Assembly (NCBI RefSeq): GCF_000189555.1
Contig: NC_017276.1
Strand: one strand, 5' to 3'
DNA length: 64,000 bases
DNA from: Saccharolobus islandicus REY15A
GTDB lineage: Archaea; Thermoproteota; Thermoprotei_A; Sulfolobales; Sulfolobaceae
Every line of letters begins with the position of its first letter. The first letter of the stretch is position 1. Under the pieces are notes generated by a model. That model was not told where the DNA came from, did no database searches, and worked only from the letters and a program-made list of their open reading frames with translations. The translations under genes and the position numbers were made by a program. Shown in pieces: positions 1-7,603 of the stretch.

Positions 1-2
1 TA

Positions 3-797
3 AAGTATTCCATTCCAACTAGATCTCAAATAACATTTACAATAGAAGCTCTAAGTCAAATATATAAGCTTACTACTATGGAAAATTATGGTAAGAAATC
101 ACTTAAAATACCACTAACCATTAATAATTTAAAGCTTTCAGACGTTCAAGTCAATGTTTACGCTCATGTAGATGATCGATTAGTTGCGTCATTAGAATTT
201 TTAGCACCTATGGAAATAGTTAGAAAGAAAGCTAATTTAAATAGAAATAAAATCATAATTATAAATAATAGTGTTGAGAAAGAAGTTGCCATAGTAAAAA
301 ACGAGATTTTCGAATGGAAGGAGTTATTTGAATATCCTTTAGAATACAAAGGAATATTATTTGGAAAAGTAGGTGAAAAAATAGAAGTTGACGGTGAAAA
401 GATAATTGTAAGAGATGGGTATGATTTGGTCAAGATTGTCAAAGATAATGGGAATTATATCAGAGAATACTTATTAATTAGCATTAAAAACCCCATTAAG
501 TCAATCAATGCTGAGTTAAAAGGTGATCAACTGATAATAAAATTAGATATGGAACCTAATATTCCTTTCGAAATATTTTATGGGCCTCATTCATATAGAG
601 GCATATCTAAAGAAGGAAATCACATCATTTTCCCCATAGAGCCTGTATATAATTCAATAAAAATCAGAGCCTATACGCAGGGTTTTACGTGGGAGTCACA
701 ATATGACTTAGTTAATATTATAAAGTTATCAATCTCTATGGCTTTAAGTGAAGCAATGGCTATAAAGGAAGTTTTAAGTAATTTCGGTATTGTGTGA
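3..797 (+). CDS. upsX: UpsX-like protein, C-terminal part (gene starts before the window)
   Basis: Frame of ORF 78..797 stays open back to position 3. It lies directly upstream of the upsE-F-A-B genes. Assignment rests on synteny. Confidence 0.75.
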   Translation, partial: KYSIPTRSQITFTIEALSQIYKLTTMENYGKKSLKIPLTINNLKLSDVQVNVYAHVDDRLVASLEFLAPMEIVRKKANLNRNKIIIINNSVEKEVAIVKNEIFEWKELFEYPLEYKGILFGKVGEKIEVDGEKIIVRDGYDLVKIVKDNGNYIREYLLISIKNPIKSINAELKGDQLIIKLDMEPNIPFEIFYGPHSYRGISKEGNHIIFPIEPVYNSIKIRAYTQGFTWESQYDLVNIIKLSISMALSEAMAIKEVLSNFGIV

Positions 798-800
798 GTA
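780..800 (+). promoter_or_regulatory. DNA-damage-responsive promoter element (ANTTTC) plus TGAGTA upstream of upsE
   Basis: AATTTC at 780-785 (-45 from ATG 825), 9-nt spacer, then TGAGTA at 795-800. The same arrangement occurs upstream of upsA. Confidence 0.7.
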
Positions 801-824
801 TATTTTTTCTGAATACTCAGTATT

Positions 825-2246
825 ATGAATATTCTTCAAGAGTATTCTGTTCTAAATGCTAAAGTCATTATATATGAGGATAATGGAATTGGCTATTATA
901 AAGTAAGCGAACCTAGCCTAGAGCAGAAGGAAATTGAACTACTTAATTCTATATTAGAGTATATTTATTCAACTCCTAGTATATCTAATATAGAAGAGAC
1001 AGTAGTCAAGATACTTAAGAATAAAGGTATTACTGATCAAGGTATTATTGAAAAAATGATCTATTATTTGAGAAAAAGGTTAGGTTATGATGAGCTAACT
1101 GTTCCCTTAGCAGATCCTTATGTTGAAGAAGTAGAATGCAAAGGATTCTCATACCCTGTAACTGTAGTTCATAGAATTGTTACGAGATTCCCAAGATTGT
1201 ATACCAATATAGTCTTTGAGCAAGAGGATCATGTTCTAAAGGTTATTGAAAAGCTTGCAAACAAGGCGGATAAGCCAGTCAGTATTGCCAAGCCATACCT
1301 TGAATTTTCCCTACCTGAGGGCCATAGAGTTGCTGCTACGGTATCTCGTGAGGTTTCATTACCTGGTTCTACATTTGATATAAGGAAATTTCCTTTAAAG
1401 CCAATAAGTCCTATATTATTGATTAAAAACGTATCGATAAGTTCGCTAATGTTAGCTTATATTTGGTTTTTATTGGATTATAAACCGTTCTTTTTAGTCA
1501 TAGGTTCTACCGGATCTGGAAAGACTACCTTACTTAACTCGATACTCAGTATGGTTAACCCTTTCTTTAAGGTAATTACGATTGAGGATACTCCAGAAAT
1601 AAACATAGTTCATGATAACTGGATAAGGTTTTTTGCTAGACAATCAATCTCTTCCCAATTTGAAGTATCGTTGATGGATTTAGCTAGACTATCATTAAGA
1701 TATAGGCCGGATTACTTAGTTATAGGTGAGATTCGAGGCAAGGAGATAGAGGCATTGGTTCATGCCTCAGCTTCTGGCCATGGTTCATTAGCCACATTTC
1801 ATGCAGGCAATCCACATGAGGCCCTAACCAGATTAATTAGTCTTTTAAATAAGGATGTTGCTAAATTGTTTTTACAAAATCTATGGGGGATTATAGTTTT
1901 AGGAACATTAAGAGATCGTAATGGGAATATAAGGCGCATTATAAGGTCGATTTATGAAATAGTTTACGTTAAAGGTAAACTAAGATTCAAGCCAGTGTTA
2001 AAATGGTCTTTCTCCTCTAACACATTTTTACCTAACAGTGTTAATGATTTAGTTAAAAAGTCCTATAGGATCAATTATATATCAAAGACATATGAAATAC
2101 CAATTTCAGAAATAACAGAGGAGATTAGTAATAGAGTTAAAATCCTTGATAAGTTAGTAAAGAATGAGGTCTTAGATCTTGAAGATTTTAGTATTTATCT
2201 AAAGAAAATAACCCAAGGTGGTCAAGTTGAGACAAAGGCTATTTGA
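825..2246 (+). CDS. upsE: Type IV pilus assembly ATPase (VirB11/GspE family)
   Basis: Walker A GSTGSGKT, TIEDTPE Asp box, LRYRPDYLVIGEIRG, His box TFHA; operon context. Confidence 0.92.
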   Translation: MNILQEYSVLNAKVIIYEDNGIGYYKVSEPSLEQKEIELLNSILEYIYSTPSISNIEETVVKILKNKGITDQGIIEKMIYYLRKRLGYDELTVPLADPYVEEVECKGFSYPVTVVHRIVTRFPRLYTNIVFEQEDHVLKVIEKLANKADKPVSIAKPYLEFSLPEGHRVAATVSREVSLPGSTFDIRKFPLKPISPILLIKNVSISSLMLAYIWFLLDYKPFFLVIGSTGSGKTTLLNSILSMVNPFFKVITIEDTPEINIVHDNWIRFFARQSISSQFEVSLMDLARLSLRYRPDYLVIGEIRGKEIEALVHASASGHGSLATFHAGNPHEALTRLISLLNKDVAKLFLQNLWGIIVLGTLRDRNGNIRRIIRSIYEIVYVKGKLRFKPVLKWSFSSNTFLPNSVNDLVKKSYRINYISKTYEIPISEITEEISNRVKILDKLVKNEVLDLEDFSIYLKKITQGGQVETKAI

Positions 2247-3738
2247 AAAAATTAATTTATTTAACTTGATTGCTACGAGAATAAATGATAATATTAAATA
2301 TTATGGTGATGACATAGAAAGACTCCGTAAAGAGTATACTAGGATATCATTTTTAATACCTGTTATCTCCATTCTCTCTGTTATCTTTTATTTAAAATTT
2401 AGTAAATATTTTTTATTATTAGATATAATGAATTTTTTCATTTATTTCTATCCATTATTGATTACTCAAATTAGAAAGGATGAACAAAGAAAAATTATAG
2501 AAAACGAGATACCCATTTTCTTACTATTTGCATATGTTAATAGTCTTTTAGGTAAAAATTTATATAAAACTTTCGAGGAAATAAGGAATTCTAAGGTATT
2601 TAAAGGTTTAAGAAGAGAGGCTATGTTACTGGTTAAAGAGGTGGAAGTTTTAGGAAAATCTTCTTTCTCCGCAATGGAAAGTAGAGCAAAAGTTCATAGG
2701 GGGGACTTTCTAGGCAAGATTTATACAACATATACAAGTGGCGAGTCAATAGGAATTTCCATGCCCGAAAGAATAAAGGATCTTTTAAATGAGACAATTG
2801 ATAATTTAAATTTGAATTTTGGAAGTTACGTTGAAAAAGTGAATGAATTAGTTGAGATTCTATTTATGCTGTTTTTAGTCACTCCAATGATTTTACTGGC
2901 CTTTCAGTATATTTCGTCAACAATAAATATGTTCGAGCTTATATTTCCTCTTTTACTCTTTCCTATTATTTTCTTTTATGTTTCACTAATACAGCCAAAT
3001 ATAGGATACGATATAAAAATTAATATAAATGAGATTAAAAAATCATTATATATACTACCTATTCCTTTTATATTTACGTTCCTCTTCCATCTTAATTTAG
3101 AATACGAGATACTACTATTTTATTCAATATTTATAGTGTTCTCCTTTATTGTCTATCGTAAGATATCGGTCGCTGATGCAGTTCTGAACAATTTGCCATA
3201 TATATTATCAGATATTGCAGATTATTTGAGAATAGGTTATAGTATAAAAAGTGCAATACTGAAACTTAATGTAGATAGTACAGAATTTAAGAAGTTTTTG
3301 GGGGAACTTGTTACAAAGATTAAGAAAAATGAAGCAATGTCTAATGTAAAAACAAATATCTGGATTGTAAATGCTATTTTAGAACTTATAGAAAATATTG
3401 ACAAAAAAGGTTTCGCTGACACTTACACTTTCAAAGATTTGTCCTTGGTTCTTAACAATTATATTTCGTTACGAAAGAAAGTATTGCAGAATCTTCGTAT
3501 GTTCAATATTCTAGCCATCATAACTCCGATTATATTCTATTTTGCACTAGGGGTAATGACTAAGATTAAGGCAGTGGGTAACTTAGATTTGATTATTGTT
3601 CTATATTCGATAGCGCTTAGTATAATGTATGCTAAAATATCTCGCTTTACTATTTTTAATTTCCCATTACTTGTTTTAGTTCTGGTAAACTTGATACTGA
3701 TACTATTTTTCGGAAACGTTATCTTTAACTTAATCTAA
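2218..3738 (+). CDS. upsF: Type IV pilus membrane platform protein (TadC/GspF-like)
   Basis: Multiple TM segments with two T2SS-F-like cytoplasmic domains; overlaps upsE. Confidence 0.88.
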   Translation: MVKLRQRLFEKINLFNLIATRINDNIKYYGDDIERLRKEYTRISFLIPVISILSVIFYLKFSKYFLLLDIMNFFIYFYPLLITQIRKDEQRKIIENEIPIFLLFAYVNSLLGKNLYKTFEEIRNSKVFKGLRREAMLLVKEVEVLGKSSFSAMESRAKVHRGDFLGKIYTTYTSGESIGISMPERIKDLLNETIDNLNLNFGSYVEKVNELVEILFMLFLVTPMILLAFQYISSTINMFELIFPLLLFPIIFFYVSLIQPNIGYDIKININEIKKSLYILPIPFIFTFLFHLNLEYEILLFYSIFIVFSFIVYRKISVADAVLNNLPYILSDIADYLRIGYSIKSAILKLNVDSTEFKKFLGELVTKIKKNEAMSNVKTNIWIVNAILELIENIDKKGFADTYTFKDLSLVLNNYISLRKKVLQNLRMFNILAIITPIIFYFALGVMTKIKAVGNLDLIIVLYSIALSIMYAKISRFTIFNFPLLVLVLVNLILILFFGNVIFNLI

Positions 3739-3749
3739 AAAGGTAAATT

Positions 3750-3770
3750 ATTTTCGATGTTCTCTGAGTA
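3750..3770 (+). promoter_or_regulatory. DNA-damage-responsive promoter element upstream of upsA
   Basis: ATTTTC at 3750-3755 (-45 from ATG 3795), 9-nt spacer, then TGAGTA at 3765-3770. Confidence 0.7.
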
Positions 3771-3794
3771 AGATAAATTTTGATATAGTGAGAG

Positions 3795-4244
3795 ATGAAA
3801 GGAGTGTATAAATTAAAAAAGAGAAAAGGACTTTCATCGATTTTAGGTACAGTAATAGTATTAGCCATAACTCTAGTGCTAGGTGGTCTACTTTATGCCT
3901 ACTCAAACGGTTTATTTAGTTCATTAACACAAAATACAAGTCTCCAGACTCAATTAAGTATCTATGTCAATCCTAATACCGGACAAGCATATCTACAATA
4001 TTACATTTCAAATACAGGGAACACACAGATATATCTAAACAGCATTGTGATTCTAAATGGGACTAAGAATATTGTAATATCACTTAATAACGACCTCTTA
4101 CAACCTGGCCAATCAATTCAAAATATAACATCAATTAATGGTAAAATAACTGCTGGCCAATACTACACTGTTGAAATTGTTGGTAATTTACCTAATGGAA
4201 AACCGTATAGTGTTGTTCAGAACGTGCTAGCTTCAATAGCGTAA
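3795..4244 (+). CDS. upsA: Type IV pilin with class III signal peptide
   Basis: KKRKG|LSSILGTVIVLAITLVLGG: PibD-type cleavage site followed by a hydrophobic helix. Confidence 0.9.
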   Translation: MKGVYKLKKRKGLSSILGTVIVLAITLVLGGLLYAYSNGLFSSLTQNTSLQTQLSIYVNPNTGQAYLQYYISNTGNTQIYLNSIVILNGTKNIVISLNNDLLQPGQSIQNITSINGKITAGQYYTVEIVGNLPNGKPYSVVQNVLASIA

Positions 4245-4249
4245 ATTAG

Positions 4250-4663
4250 GTGGTTTATTTGAAAGCTATTTCATCTATTTTTTCGACATTGATCGTGGTT
4301 ATGATTACGCTCTCATTAATTGTTCCATTATACTTATTTTTCGCACAAAGTTATACAAATAGTTCTATCCAAGCAAATAGTGCATACAATAATTATCTAA
4401 CCGATATTAATATTAAAATAAGTGTGATATATTTAGGAAATTCAGCTAATACTACTTTTGTATATAATTATGGTAGTGTTCCTATTATAATAGATAAAGT
4501 TATAGTCAATAACGTGTCGTACAACGTAAAATATGAAATATTAACTGGTAGCTTAGTTCCACTAAGCTCAATAATAAATAGCAACATACCTATTAAGGAA
4601 AACTCTACAATAATTTTGCAGATTAATGGAAACTACTACTATTTTAACCTTGGATCAGATTAG
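4250..4663 (+). CDS. upsB: Type IV pilin with class III signal peptide
   Basis: LKA|ISSIFSTLIVVMITLSL class III signal; second pilin of the operon. Confidence 0.88.
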   Translation: MVYLKAISSIFSTLIVVMITLSLIVPLYLFFAQSYTNSSIQANSAYNNYLTDINIKISVIYLGNSANTTFVYNYGSVPIIIDKVIVNNVSYNVKYEILTGSLVPLSSIINSNIPIKENSTIILQINGNYYYFNLGSD

Positions 4664-4907
4664 GTTTTACGAATACATGTAATTCATATCCCTTTTTTAA
4701 TCCCTCAAGTATTTCCTCTCCTTTTTTAGTAAGACGAAATGCCTTATGTGATCCCTTAGAGTATACTGGCTCTATTAAGCCCAATTCCTCTAAAATGTGG
4801 AACAGCGCTAAGACTTCGTATCTAGGTAGTCCAGTTTTGATTACTGCATCCCCTGGATTTACAGCACCTTCCTTTATGGCATCAAGAACCATCTCTATTT
4901 CGTACAT
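4644..4907 (-). CDS. Small winged-helix DNA-binding protein
   Basis: GLPRYEVLALFHILEELGLIE...FRLTKKGEE wHTH pattern; ATG at 4907. Confidence 0.7.
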   Translation of the reverse strand: MYEIEMVLDAIKEGAVNPGDAVIKTGLPRYEVLALFHILEELGLIEPVYSKGSHKAFRLTKKGEEILEGLKKGYELHVFVKPNLIQG

Positions 4908-4962
4908 CAAATAATAAGTTAGCTTAAGAATTCCTTATAAGCTGAACTGCATATTCAAATTC

Positions 4963-5664
4963 GTGAAGTGTGCCCCCGAAATAGTTTATCATAAACTTTC
5001 CGCTATCTATACTATAAAAGAGGAGGATTACATTGCATATTATGTCTGGCTTAAGACTAGAAATTGTTTTAAAGTACTTGTAGCCACTATCTTATCTCAA
5101 AATTCTACAGATAAATCAGCGCTTAAAGCCTATTTAGAGCTAGAAAAGAAAGTTGGCGTTACTCCAGAAAAACTATCAGATGCGGATTTGAGTAATATAG
5201 AAAATGCGCTAAAAATATCTGGCCTTTACAAAACTAAGGCCAAAAGGCTAAAAATAATTTCAAAAATAATTCTGGAGAAATATAATGGATTGATAGATAA
5301 TCTGCTAAATAGTAGTAATCCCAGAGAGGAACTATTAAAATTCGAGGGAATAGGAGAGAAAACTGCAGATGTTGTATTATTAACTTGTAGGGGATACGAA
5401 GTTTTCCCGATTGACACTCACATAACTAGAGTTAGTAAAAGGTTAGGGATAGTTCCTATGAACGCTAAATATGAATTGATATCATCTACTTTAAAAGAAC
5501 TTTTCTCGGCTTATGATCTTCTTCAACTTCATCACTTGTTAATTGCACATGGAAGACAAACTTGCAAGGCTAGAAAACCTTTATGTAATTCATGTATAAT
5601 TAAAGAATGTTGTGAGTACTATTCGCATAGAGATGGAGAAGCCCGGAAATCTAATACCTCATGA
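4963..5664 (+). CDS. nth: Endonuclease III (HhH-GPD glycosylase/AP lyase, 4Fe-4S)
   Basis: ILSQNSTD, HhH GIGEKTAD, catalytic PIDTH, FCL motif C-x6-C-x2-C-x5-C. Confidence 0.93.
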   Translation: MKCAPEIVYHKLSAIYTIKEEDYIAYYVWLKTRNCFKVLVATILSQNSTDKSALKAYLELEKKVGVTPEKLSDADLSNIENALKISGLYKTKAKRLKIISKIILEKYNGLIDNLLNSSNPREELLKFEGIGEKTADVVLLTCRGYEVFPIDTHITRVSKRLGIVPMNAKYELISSTLKELFSAYDLLQLHHLLIAHGRQTCKARKPLCNSCIIKECCEYYSHRDGEARKSNTS

Positions 5665-6196
5665 GGACATATTAATCGACAAAGTTGTCAATATCTCTTT
5701 AGAAGTGCAGAAAATAAGGGCTATAAAACCTATTATAGTGGATGAAAATACACATGTTATCTTAGATGGTCATCATAGATTTACTGCTGCTTTACGTCTT
5801 TCGTTACCAAAAATACCAGTGATTTACGTAAAATATAATTCTACTTCTATTAGCGTCAGTATATGGTATAGAAGATTCTCAAAGCCTCATATTGTAAAGA
5901 GCATATTATCATCAATTTACTCTAGTGGTGGAATATGCGCCCGATTCGATTCTATCCGCATTTGTGATGATAGCTTGTATAAACTTTATTGGAAACTAGA
6001 AAAAGTAGAAAGTTTTCTAAATTCGATAGGGATACATGTCGAAAAGGATATGGTCGGTCATTTAGAACCACCTTCAATATATAAGGAGGATGTTATAAGT
6101 ATTGCTAATAGGGGCTTAAGATTTCCACCTAAGACAACAAGACACGTATATGAATTTATTATTCCCCAAAAGGCAATATCAATAGATGATACTTAA
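5633..6196 (+). CDS. ParB/sulfiredoxin-fold protein with SerK-type motifs
   Basis: PHE, KPIIVD, LDGHHR, WY and FPPKTTRH motifs; probable start ATG 5633. Confidence 0.8.
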   Translation: MEKPGNLIPHEDILIDKVVNISLEVQKIRAIKPIIVDENTHVILDGHHRFTAALRLSLPKIPVIYVKYNSTSISVSIWYRRFSKPHIVKSILSSIYSSGGICARFDSIRICDDSLYKLYWKLEKVESFLNSIGIHVEKDMVGHLEPPSIYKEDVISIANRGLRFPPKTTRHVYEFIIPQKAISIDDT

Positions 6197-7562
6197 CTTA
6201 TTACTTAATCTGGCTATATTTATAGTACCTTCTCTAGTGGTTTGGAATCAGATAATTTTCTATATCTATGGTAAGAATGACAATGTAGTTAATTTAATTC
6301 TACACGATAACGGGATTAATTTACCTAAACTATCAATTATAGTACCGACGAAAGGTGAACGAATAGATGTGATTCAAGGGCTAATTAATAATATATATGA
6401 GGCTAGATGGGATAAAAACAAGCTAGAGATAATAATCGTATCTGATGATGATCAAGCATATTTTGATAAATTATTATCAACATTAATTATTCCTCCAGGG
6501 TTTGATGTAAAGATATTCAGAAGAGAAACGAGACTTGGCTATAAAAGTGGCGCATTAGCATTTGGCTTGCAGAAAAGTACTGGTGATTTAATTTTAACAT
6601 TAGATGTTGACGCTAGGATTGAAAAAGATTCGTTAATAAGAGCTTACAATCATATGGTAAATTTAGGCTGTGATGCAGTTACTATGGAATGGCATGGTTA
6701 CTCTAACATTAGCACATCTCTAGCAAGAGCGTTAATGGTATCAACAGTACTTACTAGTAGATCTATACTGAGAGGAAGAGACAAATTAGGATTAAAAGTA
6801 TTGCCAATAGGATGTGGAACAATCTTTAAGCGTAATGTATTAGAGGCGGTAAACGGATGGGACTATACTATGGTTCAAGATGATTATGAACTTGGAACAA
6901 GACTTATAAATAGAGGATTTAGGATTTGCGCATCGTCATCCCCAGTTTATGTGGAAGTTCCAGACAATCTAATAGCATTTTACGTACAGCAGACTAGGTG
7001 GGCGATGGGGACGATGGAGGTTCTTTCTAGGAGGTTCAAATATATCATAAGTAGTAATATAAAAATTTGGCAAAAAATAGAGATTATAGCTTATCTTTCT
7101 CAGTATATTCCAATTATACTAACTTTTATAAGTGCTACTATTTTTGGAATAGCTGGTTTTCTAGATATTAGGCTTAGTATGAGTTTACCAATGTTTATCA
7201 TATGGGCTATAACATTATCAGTTTATGCTATTATTTTTGTAAATAGTTCAAAGAGGTCAGGTTTAGATACTATAACAGCAATAAAAGCGCTGGGAAGATT
7301 ATCTGCTTATACCGTTGGAATTTCGCCATTTTTACTTGTTGGTACTCTTAACGCATTTAAGAAGACTAGAACATATATTGTTACTCCAAAAGGTAAGAAG
7401 GCTAAGAGTAACATAGGATATCCAATTTTAGCCTTCGGAATATTCTTCCTTTTATCGGCTTTCCTTTATATGTTTAGAGGCGACTTTCTAACCTTTATTT
7501 GGCTAGCTTACTATTCAATAGCTTTCCTTTATACTTTTATAGCATATATTAAAGGATTATGA
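6186..7562 (+). CDS. Membrane-bound processive GT2 glycosyltransferase
   Basis: KSGAL, DVD (DxD), QDD and QQTRW (QxxRW) motifs; N- and C-terminal TM helices. Confidence 0.9.
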   Translation: MILNLLLNLAIFIVPSLVVWNQIIFYIYGKNDNVVNLILHDNGINLPKLSIIVPTKGERIDVIQGLINNIYEARWDKNKLEIIIVSDDDQAYFDKLLSTLIIPPGFDVKIFRRETRLGYKSGALAFGLQKSTGDLILTLDVDARIEKDSLIRAYNHMVNLGCDAVTMEWHGYSNISTSLARALMVSTVLTSRSILRGRDKLGLKVLPIGCGTIFKRNVLEAVNGWDYTMVQDDYELGTRLINRGFRICASSSPVYVEVPDNLIAFYVQQTRWAMGTMEVLSRRFKYIISSNIKIWQKIEIIAYLSQYIPIILTFISATIFGIAGFLDIRLSMSLPMFIIWAITLSVYAIIFVNSSKRSGLDTITAIKALGRLSAYTVGISPFLLVGTLNAFKKTRTYIVTPKGKKAKSNIGYPILAFGIFFLLSAFLYMFRGDFLTFIWLAYYSIAFLYTFIAYIKGL

Positions 7563-7603
7563 AAGAAGTATTTTTTAAATCATATTCTTAAAGGGACTAC
7601 AAG

